The position numbers were made by a program, and so were the translations under genes. The notes beneath the pieces are model-generated. The model saw only the letters and a program-made list of their open reading frames with translations, was not told where the DNA came from and searched no databases. 64,000 nt of DNA, from positions 2,769 through 66,768 of the forward strand of contig SXOO01000158.1 of the NCBI GenBank assembly GCA_005776725.1, read 5' to 3'. Shown here one piece after another: positions 8,483 through 17,033 of the stretch (positions are counted from its first letter, which is position 1; each line of letters starts with the position of its first letter). This DNA comes from Pseudomonadota bacterium (GTDB taxonomy: Bacteria > Myxococcota_A > UBA9042 > GCA-2863065).

Positions 8483-8997
8483 GCCAGCGCCGCGTCGTCA
8501 TCATCTCCACCGGCGGGACCATCGAGAAGACCTACGACGAGCTCGCGGGCGTGTTGACCAACCGCGTGGCCAACCTCGACGTCATGTTGGCCAGCCTCCA
8601 GCTCCGCGGGGTCTCCGTGGTGCGCGTGCCGCTCATGAACGTCGACAGCCTCGACATGACGCCAAAGGACCACGAGCTCATCGTGCGCACCGCCGGCGCG
8701 ATGGCCGAGGGGCACGACGGCGTAGTGGTAGTGCACGGCACTGACCGCCTGGCGGTCACGGGCGAGCTGATGGTGGAGCTCCTCGGGGTTCCGCGGGTGC
8801 CCATCGTGCTCACCGGGGCCATGCGACCTTACGAGCTCCGGACGACGGACGCGGTCCAGAACGTGACCGAGGCGCTCCTGGCCGTGCAGCTCATCGCTCC
8901 GGGCGTGTACGTGGCCATGCACAACCGCGTGCTGCGGTTCCCGGGGGTTCGGAAAGACCCGGAGCTCGGTACCTTCGTGGGTGGAGTCTCCGCGTGA
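8479..8997 (+). CDS. asparaginase/glutaminase-family protein, N-terminal domain only (172 aa)
   Basis: Internal ATG at 8479 in the frame of ORF 8074..8997 (ATGA overlap with the cytochrome stop). Motifs: VVIISTGGTIEKTYD, VVVVHGTDRLAVTG, PIVLTGAMRPYELRTTDAVQN. No C-terminal asparaginase domain. Confidence 0.75.
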   Translation: MSQRRVVIISTGGTIEKTYDELAGVLTNRVANLDVMLASLQLRGVSVVRVPLMNVDSLDMTPKDHELIVRTAGAMAEGHDGVVVVHGTDRLAVTGELMVELLGVPRVPIVLTGAMRPYELRTTDAVQNVTEALLAVQLIAPGVYVAMHNRVLRFPGVRKDPELGTFVGGVSA

Positions 8998-11447
8998 GCC
9001 AGGATCTGCATCCCGACGTCGCTCCTGCCGGCGAGCGGCCGATCGCGTTGCTGGAGGACGACGTCGCGCGGCTCCCCGTACTCCCCGCGCGCCGCACCCG
9101 CACCCCCGAGTGGCTGGTCCGGGTGTTCGTGCTCTTGTTCGCATCGGGTCTCTATCTACCCAACATCGGAGGTTTCGGGCTCTGGGATCCCTGGGAGACG
9201 CACTACGGCGAGGTCACTCGCTACATGATCGAGACGGGGGACTGGGTCCACCCGTGGTGGGGCTGGAAAGGCGAGAAGATCGGACCCGAGTCCGGACCGG
9301 GCGAACACTTCCACTCGAAGCCCATCCTCCTCTTCTGGATGGAGGCGGCCACGATCAAGGTGATCGGCCTATCGGAGACCGCGATCCGGTTTCCGGTGGC
9401 GCTGATCGCCATCGTGGGGTTGTTCGCCACGTACTTCGCGTTATCGAAGTTAGTCGGGAGGCGGCGCGCCTTGCTCGCGACGCTCGTCCTGGCCACGTGC
9501 CCGCTGTGGTTCTTCCTCGCGAGACAGTCGCAGACCGACATGCCCTTCGTGGGGATGCTCACGGCCGCGATGGCGTTCTTCGCGCTCGCGGCCTTCGGGC
9601 CACGGGAGCCTACGTCCGACCGACGGTTCGGCTGGCTCCTCGGAGTCACCCTGTTCTTCGTGCTCGCGCTCGTGGTGCCGCAGCTCGGCATCCTCATCGC
9701 CGACATCAACCACAACCCCCTACCGCGCCCCGACCAGCGGCCCCCAGGTCTCTTCGATCACTGGCGCGTGACCGGTTGGATGCAGGCCACCGTCTACATC
9801 GGGATCCTGGCCCTGGTGCTGCTCTCGGTCGCCGCGCCGGTGCTGCGCGAGCTGCGCACCCACGGTGGGCTCACCGACGCCTTCAAGGATCGGTGGCGGC
9901 GACGCTGTTACCTCTGGCTGTTCTACGCGTTCGCCGGGCTCGCGTTGCTCGGCAAGGGCCTCCTCGGCTTCATGCTCCCGGGGGCCGTGATCTTCGTCTA
10001 TCTCCTGCTCACCAACGAGTGGCGGATGCTCGGGCGCGTCGAGCTGCACCGCGGCCTCGCGATCTTCGCGTGTGTGGGCTTCCCCTGGTACGTCGGGTTG
10101 CTCGCCGGCCCCGACGGACAGGCGTTCTGGACCCGGTTCTTCATCCACGACCACTTCAATCGCCTCGGGTCCGGCGTCCACTCGATCGACGACGGCACTT
10201 ACGAGCACTTCATCAAGTGGCTCGGCTACGGTATGTGGCCGTGGTCCGCATTGATCCCGGCGGCCTTCATCGGGCTCTCGCGTCTCAGCCTGCGAGCGCG
10301 CGACGCGATGTCTCGCACTCGGGTCTTCCTCTTCCTCTGGGCCTTCCTGGCCTATGTGCTGTTCTCCATGTCCAGCACGAAGTTCCATCACTACATCTTC
10401 CCGTCGCTGCCACCGCTGGCCATGCTGGTGGGCCTAGGACTCTACGAGCTGCGCGTCGACCGGTCGCTGGCCGCGCGGGCGCTGGTGGTGGCGGGGATCT
10501 TCCTCGCGGGCGTGATGGCCTGGGACATCAACGCGAACCCTCAGCACCTGCGCAACCAGTTCACCTACAAGTACGACCGCGAGTGGCCCTCGGAGGCCCA
10601 GCGCCCGCACGATCCCAACGGCGAGATCTGGTTCGACAAAGATCCCAAGGGAGGCCTCGAGCGCCGCCAGGTCTGGGCCGACAGCACGTTCTACCGGCAC
10701 ACCCCGGTGGTGCAGCAGGAGGTGCTGGCCACGCCGTTCTTCCGACTCGAGCGATGGATCCCGTTCGTCGCGGGCGTGGCGGGGCTCGGGCTCCTCCTCA
10801 TGGTGTTCGCAGGCGCGCTCCGCACCGCCGGCATCGCGGTCATGGGCGTCACCGGCGTAGCGATGTGCCTCTGGACGCTCAACTACTACATGCCGATGCT
10901 CGCCTCGCACTGGAGCCAGAAGTACATCTTCGATCGGTACTACGAGCTGTGTGTGCCCGATCGGGTCCCGAACGAGATCGTCGACGCCTTCACGCCGGCG
11001 ATCGCCCACGTGCCGCGGCTGATGGAGTTCTTCGAACCGCGCCCGAAGAGGCAGTGCAAAGACCAGGTGGTCAGCTGGCTGCTGACGTGGCGTGGCGAGA
11101 CCTTCTATTCGGACAACACGATCGTCCCGCTGCAGAAGGACAATACGCAGTTCGAGCCCTACCTCACGCAGCTGAACAAGGGGGCGCGCTTCTTCGTGTT
11201 CATCGAGCGCACCCGGATGAAGGGCTTCAAGGCCCGCGCCGACGCTGCGATGAAGAAGCTCGCGCCCCGCCCGGAGTTCGCGGGTATCAAGGAGTACGAG
11301 GTCACCCTCGAGTACAACGAGAACTACTGGTTCGTGCTCCTCGAGGCTGACCCCATTTGCAAAGACGGCTATACGAAGGACACGGTCGGCAGGTGCCGGG
11401 CGGCCACGGCTGCGCTGCCCCCTCGCGCGGCGGCGCCTGAGGGGTGA
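8994..11447 (+). CDS. GT39/ArnT-like (GT-C fold) glycosyltransferase, polytopic membrane protein
   Basis: ORF 8994..11447 (GTG start, GTGA overlap with the upstream stop). GFGLWDPWETHYGEVTRYMIETGDWVHPWW...FHSKPILLFWMEAATIKV, then more than 10 hydrophobic spans and a ~330-aa soluble C-terminal domain. Confidence 0.75.
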   Translation: MSQDLHPDVAPAGERPIALLEDDVARLPVLPARRTRTPEWLVRVFVLLFASGLYLPNIGGFGLWDPWETHYGEVTRYMIETGDWVHPWWGWKGEKIGPESGPGEHFHSKPILLFWMEAATIKVIGLSETAIRFPVALIAIVGLFATYFALSKLVGRRRALLATLVLATCPLWFFLARQSQTDMPFVGMLTAAMAFFALAAFGPREPTSDRRFGWLLGVTLFFVLALVVPQLGILIADINHNPLPRPDQRPPGLFDHWRVTGWMQATVYIGILALVLLSVAAPVLRELRTHGGLTDAFKDRWRRRCYLWLFYAFAGLALLGKGLLGFMLPGAVIFVYLLLTNEWRMLGRVELHRGLAIFACVGFPWYVGLLAGPDGQAFWTRFFIHDHFNRLGSGVHSIDDGTYEHFIKWLGYGMWPWSALIPAAFIGLSRLSLRARDAMSRTRVFLFLWAFLAYVLFSMSSTKFHHYIFPSLPPLAMLVGLGLYELRVDRSLAARALVVAGIFLAGVMAWDINANPQHLRNQFTYKYDREWPSEAQRPHDPNGEIWFDKDPKGGLERRQVWADSTFYRHTPVVQQEVLATPFFRLERWIPFVAGVAGLGLLLMVFAGALRTAGIAVMGVTGVAMCLWTLNYYMPMLASHWSQKYIFDRYYELCVPDRVPNEIVDAFTPAIAHVPRLMEFFEPRPKRQCKDQVVSWLLTWRGETFYSDNTIVPLQKDNTQFEPYLTQLNKGARFFVFIERTRMKGFKARADAAMKKLAPRPEFAGIKEYEVTLEYNENYWFVLLEADPICKDGYTKDTVGRCRAATAALPPRAAAPEG

Positions 11448-13888
11448 ACCCACTCGTCGGCCGCGCGGACGTCTTGGACGCGGTTCGGGCGCTCCTGAGC
11501 CCGGGCCGGGTCGTCACGCTGCACGGGCCGGCGGGGGTCGGGAAGTCGGCGATCGCCCGGGTCTTCGAGTCCGAGCCGGGCGTCGACGTCTTTCACGTCA
11601 GCGACGCCTTGTCCGAGGAGAGCGCTGCGCTCACGGAGACCGGCGCGGCGGCCGAGCTGTCCCTCGCCGAGGCCGTGGTGGCCGCGCAGAGAGCGGCGGC
11701 TGCCGGGCGTTGCGCCCTCGTGGCCTCGCGCTGTCGCTTGCACCTCCGGAGCGAGCACGCGGTGGCCGTGGCGCCGCTCGCGCCTGCCCTCGGGGCCCAG
11801 CTCTTCCTGCGAGTGGCGGGCGGCGAGGCGCTCTCGGGCGCGGTGGATGGCCCCACTGCCGACCTGGGCGCGTCCACCGAGGTGGCTCAGGCCATCGCCG
11901 AGGCCCTCGATGGCCTGCCCTTTGCCCTAGAGCTGGCGGGATGGCGCGCTCGGACCTTGTCGCCCGAGCAGCTCTTGGCGCGAGTGCGCGAGGCGCCCCT
12001 TGGGCTCACGCATCCCCTGCGCGATGTCCCACACCGCCACCGGTCGGTGGGCGCGGCCTTCCTGGCGGGTTGGTCGCACCTCGCGGAGCCACAACGCGCG
12101 GTCCTTCGCGCTCTGGGCGCTTTCCCACGCGGCGACGTCGCGCTCGCGGACCTGTCAGAGTCCTTGCCGCTGCCCCTCTACGAGCTGGCCGACCGCGTGG
12201 ACGCGCTCGTCGATGCCTCCTGGGTGTCGCTGGCGCCGTCCTCGGGGTCTCCCCGCCTACGCCGCGGGGCGCTGCTCACCCAGTGGCTCGCCACGCAGGT
12301 GCCCCCCGAGGTCTTCGCTGCGCACGACGTGTGGGTCGCGCGTCGCGCCGACGCCCTGGGGGCGCGCGCCGATGAGGGCGATCTCGTGGCGCTTCGGGCG
12401 CTCGAAGAGCTTCGGCCCGCGCTCCTCGCGGCGCTCGCGCGCAGCCGGTCGGCTGTGCCCTGCCACGAGGCCTCGCTCATTCGGGGGCTCGGCCCGCTGC
12501 TCGTCGCCCACGGCCCCTTCGAGGTCGAGCCGTTCATCGCGGCCGGCGAACCCGGCGCGCTCTATCACGGCTCGATCCTCAGGATCCGGGGCCAGCTGCC
12601 GGAGGCCCGCACCGTCCTGGAAGGCGCGGTCCGTACCGCGGCCGCACATGGGGACGTCCGCGCGGAAGGGCGCGCCACGGCCGAGCTCGGGATCGTCCTG
12701 CACGAGCTCGGGGCGTTGTCCGAGGCTGCCGAGCACCACCAACGCGCGCTGGATCTGGCGCGCGCCGTGCGCGACCGCAGAGGCGTTGGCCGCGCACTCG
12801 GGAGCCTCGCGATCCTGCATCAAGATCAGGGACGACCGGACGACGCGCAGATCCACTACGAAGAGGCGCTGGCGGTGCTCGACGACGTGGGCGACCCGCG
12901 CTCCGTCGCGATCTTCCGCATCAACCTCGCGGAGCTGCACCGCGAGAGCGGGCGCTTCAAGGCGGCGCGTGAGGTGCTCGAGGCCGTGGTCGCGCACGGG
13001 CTCGAGGCGGTGGGCGACGACCGGCTGCGCGCCGTGGCGCTGGGCAACCTAGGGGCCGTCCAACAAGAGCTCGGAGACCTGGAAGGGGCGGTAGCCCAGC
13101 GGCGCGCCGCCGTCGCATTGCTCACGCAGCTGGGCGAGAGCCGCCTGCGCGGCGTGTTCCTCGGGGGCCTCGCCGCGGCGCGGCTGGAGCTGGGCGAGAT
13201 CGGCGGGGCGCTCGGGGCGCTCGACGAGGCGCTCGCGCAGGTCGAGTCGGCCGGGGATCGCCGCTACGCTGGCCTCTTCCGCGCTTATCTCGGCGTCATC
13301 GAGGCGGGGCGAGGGCGCGAGGACGCGGCGCGTGCCGCCTTCGACGCGGCGCAGTCCAGCCTCGAGGCCGTGGGGGATCCGGCCCTGCTCGTGGCGCTTG
13401 GCGTCCACCGGGCCCACCTCGGGCGCACGGGCGAGGGGGATCGGGGCCGCGCGCGTGAGGTGCTCACCGAGGTGGCGGCGTCCGCGTGCCGCTCGGACGA
13501 GGTCCGGCTGGCCGTGCGACTCCTCGAGCGCGCCATCGGCTGGTCGCGCGGCGAGGTCGGGCCCCGTCGCGTGCTCCGAATCGCCCGCCTCGGCGACTCG
13601 TTCGCGCTGGACGACGGCGAGACCGTGGACCTCTCGCGACGCAAGACCCTGAAGCAGATCCTGAGCCGCCTCGCGTCGAGTCGACTCTCGGCCCCCGGCG
13701 TGCCGCTCAGCGTGGAGGCGGTGCTCGAAGCCGGGTGGCCGGGCGAACGAGTGATTCAGGAGGCGGCGCTGAACCGCGTCTACGTCGCCGTGGCCACGCT
13801 GCGCAAGCTGGGGCTTCGCGACGTCCTCGCCAGCAGGGACTCGGGCTACTACCTCGACGACGACGTCCAGCTCGACTACGAGGGCTGA
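11444..13888 (+). CDS. P-loop ATPase - TPR - C-terminal OmpR/PhoB-type winged-helix regulator
   Basis: ORF 11444..13888 (GTGA overlap with the GT39 stop). Walker A: VTLHGPAGVGKSAIA. Long run of TPR-like repeats: GRALGSLAILHQDQGRPDDAQIHYEEALAV... C-terminus GETVDLSRRKTLKQILSRLA...LSVEAVLEAGWPGERV...NRVYVAVATLRKLGLRDVLASRDSGYYLD matches the trans_reg_C pattern. Confidence 0.7.
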   Translation: MNPLVGRADVLDAVRALLSPGRVVTLHGPAGVGKSAIARVFESEPGVDVFHVSDALSEESAALTETGAAAELSLAEAVVAAQRAAAAGRCALVASRCRLHLRSEHAVAVAPLAPALGAQLFLRVAGGEALSGAVDGPTADLGASTEVAQAIAEALDGLPFALELAGWRARTLSPEQLLARVREAPLGLTHPLRDVPHRHRSVGAAFLAGWSHLAEPQRAVLRALGAFPRGDVALADLSESLPLPLYELADRVDALVDASWVSLAPSSGSPRLRRGALLTQWLATQVPPEVFAAHDVWVARRADALGARADEGDLVALRALEELRPALLAALARSRSAVPCHEASLIRGLGPLLVAHGPFEVEPFIAAGEPGALYHGSILRIRGQLPEARTVLEGAVRTAAAHGDVRAEGRATAELGIVLHELGALSEAAEHHQRALDLARAVRDRRGVGRALGSLAILHQDQGRPDDAQIHYEEALAVLDDVGDPRSVAIFRINLAELHRESGRFKAAREVLEAVVAHGLEAVGDDRLRAVALGNLGAVQQELGDLEGAVAQRRAAVALLTQLGESRLRGVFLGGLAAARLELGEIGGALGALDEALAQVESAGDRRYAGLFRAYLGVIEAGRGREDAARAAFDAAQSSLEAVGDPALLVALGVHRAHLGRTGEGDRGRAREVLTEVAASACRSDEVRLAVRLLERAIGWSRGEVGPRRVLRIARLGDSFALDDGETVDLSRRKTLKQILSRLASSRLSAPGVPLSVEAVLEAGWPGERVIQEAALNRVYVAVATLRKLGLRDVLASRDSGYYLDDDVQLDYEG

Positions 13889-13960
13889 GACGACCACCGG
13901 CCGCGAAGGGGCCGCCCCCAACAGTAAATAGTAACAAGCGGTTCGAGCCCTACGGGGGAC

Positions 13961-14353
13961 TCAGAAGCGGAGCTCGAGCGTGCTCCCGGTCAGCTCGAAC
14001 TGGCGATTGGCGGGGACGGTGATCACGGCACCCGAGGGCGCCACCAGCGCGGCCGTGAGCTCCGCGGAATACCGTCCGCGGGGCAGCGTCAGTGGGGCGC
14101 CGGGAACGACCGCCGCGCCGCCCCGGGCTTTCACCGTGGCCACCACCTCGCCCTCGTCGTTCCGAATCACCGCCTGCACCGCGCGCACTGACTCGAATCG
14201 GAGCAGCCTGCCCTCGGCGGGCACCTCGAGGCCGGTCATGATCAGGACGACGGGGCTCTCGACCGGGCCGCTGCGCTCCTGCCAAAAGAACAGGGCGCCT
14301 GCCAGCACCAGCGCGAGGACGACGGCGCCCTTCGTGAGCGGACTACGTTTCAA
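13961..14353 (-). CDS. hypothetical membrane-anchored protein
   Basis: ORF 13961..14353. N-terminal anchor KGAVVLALVLAGALFFW, then a ~100-aa beta-rich domain. No recognisable motif. Confidence 0.5.
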   Translation of the reverse strand: MKRSPLTKGAVVLALVLAGALFFWQERSGPVESPVVLIMTGLEVPAEGRLLRFESVRAVQAVIRNDEGEVVATVKARGGAAVVPGAPLTLPRGRYSAELTAALVAPSGAVITVPANRQFELTGSTLELRF

Positions 14354-14435
14354 TGGGGCGACCTACTCGCTTACGAGACCCGTTGCGGCATGGCTCGCGG
14401 GATGGTAACCCACGGCCCTTCGGGGGTGAACAGAA

Positions 14436-16925
14436 TTGCAGGGGAACGCACTCCGTAGCGCATCCGTGCCGGCGTCCAGGGAGCTCACGCGCGTGCTCGA
14501 TCACGCGCACGACCTCGCCCTCGACGACACGCTCGACAGCGGCCACATGCTGCTCGCGCTCTTCATCGACGACAACCGCGCCAAGGCGATCCTCGAGGAG
14601 CGGGGCGTGGAGTTCCCGCGCCTCGCCGACGTGGTGCGGCAGCTCCAGAAGAGCGACGCGGAGCCGCTCGACACCGTGGCAGTGGTCCACCACAAGACGG
14701 TCCAATTCGCCGAGGCGGTTGGCGCCGAGCTCGCGGGCACCCTGCATCTCCTCGCGGGCATGGCTCGGGTGCAGCGCGCCGTCGCGTTCCAGGCCCTCGA
14801 GGCCTGCGGGATCCGCCCGGTCGAGCTCCGCAGCGCGCTCATGCGGACGCTCTCGGGGACCATGCCGAAGCAGTGGTCCAGTCCGTCGGCCGTACCGCAC
14901 GCCGACCGAGTCCGCCCAGCTCGGCCGGCAGACGCCCGGGTCGCCGTGCTCGAAGCGCAGGCGCCCGAACCGCCGCAACGCCCCCTGCCGAAGGTCGAGG
15001 AGCAGGTCATCGAGGTGCGAAAGCCGCCTCCTCCCGAGCGGCCCGCGCCCGTCGTCGAGGAGCCCCGCCGGGCCGAGCGAGACCTGAACGGCCTCGTTGT
15101 CAGCCCGCCGCCTCCGGCGCGTCGGCCGGAGCGCAAGAGCCGGTTCGCGCTGGATCCGGAGATCTTCCCCAGCCTCACGCGCCTCGGGCGTAACCTCACG
15201 CTGCTCGCCGAGCGCGGCGAGCTGGACCCGCTCGTGGGGCGCGCCAGCGAGGTCGAGCAGCTGGTCGACATCCTGAACAAGCGGCGCTCCAACAACCCGT
15301 GCTTGCTGGGCGAGCCCGGTGTGGGCAAGACCGCGCTCGTCGAAGGCCTTGCCCAGCTCATCGTGCGCAAGGACGCCCGTGTCGGCGCGCTGGGCGAGAA
15401 GGTGCTGGTCGAGCTCGACATGGGCACCCTGGTGGCCGGGACGCAACTTCGAGGGGCGTTCTCCGAGCGGCTACGCGCCGTCAAGGAGGAGGTGGCCAAC
15501 TCCGCCGGGCGCATCATCCTGTTCATCGACGAGCTCCACACCCTCATGGGCGCGGGAGCGGGAGACGGCGCGCTCGACGCCGCGAACGAGCTCAAGACCG
15601 CGCTCGCGCGGGGCGAGCTCCCGTGCATCGGGAGCACCACGGAGCGGGAGTACCGTCGCCACGTCGAGGGCGACGCGGCGCTCGCGCGGCGCTTCCAGGT
15701 GGTGCTGATCGACGAGCCCAGCCCAGAAGAGGCGCTCACGGTGCTGGTGGGGGTGGCGCCGACCTACGCCAAGCACCACCGCGTCGAGTACCCGGCGCCC
15801 GCCCTCGAGGCCGCCGTGCGGCTCTCCGGTCGCTGGATCTTCGATCGGTACCTCCCCTCCAAGGCGATCGACGTGCTCGATCTGGCTGGGGCCCACGCGG
15901 CGCGCAACGGCCGCGCGGCGGTCGAGGTCAACGACGTGGCCCGCGTGGTGGCGCTCAAGGCCGGCGTCCCGGAGGCGCGCCTCCTGGAGACCGAGCCCCG
16001 GCGCCTCCTGAAGCTGGGCGAGCACCTGAAGTCGCGGGTCATCGCGCACGACGAGGCCATGGAGCGCGTCGCGGCGGTGATCCGGCGCAACGCTGCGGGG
16101 TTCGTGTCGCACCGCCCCATGGGCAGCTTCCTGCTCCTCGGGCCCACCGGCGTGGGCAAGACGGAGTGCGCCCGCGTCCTGGCCGAGTTCCTGTTCGGGA
16201 GCCGCGAGGCGCTCACGCGGATCGACATGAGCGAGCACATGGACGCCCACTCCGTGTCGCGCCTCATCGGCGCCCCGCCGGGCTTCGTCGGGCATGAAGA
16301 CGGCGGTCAGCTCACCGAGGCGGTCCGCCGGCGGCCCTACCAGATCGTGGTGTTCGACGAGGTCGAGAAGGCCGCGCCGGAGGTGCTGAACCTCCTCCTG
16401 CAGCTGCTCGAGGAGGGCGTTCTCACCGACGGTCGGGGACGCAAGGTGCGCTTCCGCAACACGGTGGTGCTCCTCACCTCCAACCTCGGGCAGGCAGAGC
16501 TGGACGCGAAGGGCCGCGCCGTCGGCTTCGGGGCGGCGGAGGCGGCGCCGGATCGCGTCGGCCGCGCCATGAAGGCCGCGGAGCGTGGCTTTTCACCCGA
16601 GCTCTGGAACCGGATCGAGGACAAGCTGGTGTTCTCGCCGCTGGGCCAAGAGGCCGTGCGCCGCATTGCCCACCTCCTGGTCGAGGAGAGCGCTGCGCGT
16701 ATCCAGCGCGAGCGCCAGCTCACCTACACGGTCACTCCGGCGGTGATCGACCTCCTGGTCGACCGCGGCTTCGACGCACGCCTCGGCGCCCGGCCGCTGC
16801 GGCGGGTGCTCCAGCACCTCGTGGAGAACGCGCTGGCCGACGCGTTGCTGGAAGACGACCTGCCGCCGGGGGCGGCGCTTCGAGTCGACGTGGTCGACGG
16901 ACAAGTCCAGGTCACTGTCGCCTAG
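14436..16925 (+). CDS. Clp/Hsp100 family double-AAA+ ATPase (ClpA/ClpC-like)
   Basis: ORF 14436..16925 (TTG start; in-frame TGA at 14427 just upstream; alternative GTG at 14466). Clp_N-like repeats. ~100-aa Pro-rich linker. D1 Walker A GEPGVGKTALVEGLA and GSTTEREYRRHVEGDAALARRFQ. D2 LLLGPTGVGKTECARVLA and SRLIGAPPGFVGHEDGG. No long coiled-coil M-domain between D1 and D2. AVGF loop after TSNLG. Confidence 0.9.
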   Translation: MQGNALRSASVPASRELTRVLDHAHDLALDDTLDSGHMLLALFIDDNRAKAILEERGVEFPRLADVVRQLQKSDAEPLDTVAVVHHKTVQFAEAVGAELAGTLHLLAGMARVQRAVAFQALEACGIRPVELRSALMRTLSGTMPKQWSSPSAVPHADRVRPARPADARVAVLEAQAPEPPQRPLPKVEEQVIEVRKPPPPERPAPVVEEPRRAERDLNGLVVSPPPPARRPERKSRFALDPEIFPSLTRLGRNLTLLAERGELDPLVGRASEVEQLVDILNKRRSNNPCLLGEPGVGKTALVEGLAQLIVRKDARVGALGEKVLVELDMGTLVAGTQLRGAFSERLRAVKEEVANSAGRIILFIDELHTLMGAGAGDGALDAANELKTALARGELPCIGSTTEREYRRHVEGDAALARRFQVVLIDEPSPEEALTVLVGVAPTYAKHHRVEYPAPALEAAVRLSGRWIFDRYLPSKAIDVLDLAGAHAARNGRAAVEVNDVARVVALKAGVPEARLLETEPRRLLKLGEHLKSRVIAHDEAMERVAAVIRRNAAGFVSHRPMGSFLLLGPTGVGKTECARVLAEFLFGSREALTRIDMSEHMDAHSVSRLIGAPPGFVGHEDGGQLTEAVRRRPYQIVVFDEVEKAAPEVLNLLLQLLEEGVLTDGRGRKVRFRNTVVLLTSNLGQAELDAKGRAVGFGAAEAAPDRVGRAMKAAERGFSPELWNRIEDKLVFSPLGQEAVRRIAHLLVEESAARIQRERQLTYTVTPAVIDLLVDRGFDARLGARPLRRVLQHLVENALADALLEDDLPPGAALRVDVVDGQVQVTVA

Positions 16926-17033
16926 GCGGCCCGGGTGCGGGGCGCGCACACCTGCAAAATTCCCCTGCTCTCTTGGTCCGGAGTTGTGCGATGATCCCGC
17001 GCCCGCGGGCTTCGCCCGCTTTCGGAGGTCGTG

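Noticed and set aside
8981-11350. 789-aa ORF in an alternative plus frame overlapping the GT39 gene. Similar long off-frame or antisense ORFs: 2630..3820, 10434..11453, 25933..28044, 28305..30083, 34059..36599, 36651..39059, 40791..42533, 55824..57374, 62070..63371.
   Set aside because: Their Arg/Pro/Gly/Ala-dominated, motif-free translations are what off-frame reading of ~70% GC DNA produces. In every case another frame at the same locus gives a protein with clear family motifs, signal peptides or TM patterns.
11444-13888. Possibility that the P-loop/TPR protein is an Avs/STAND-type antiphage sensor.
   Set aside because: It has no nuclease, protease, TIR or other effector domain. It ends in a DNA-binding winged helix and is translationally coupled to metabolic and envelope genes, so a transcription regulator is the simpler reading.
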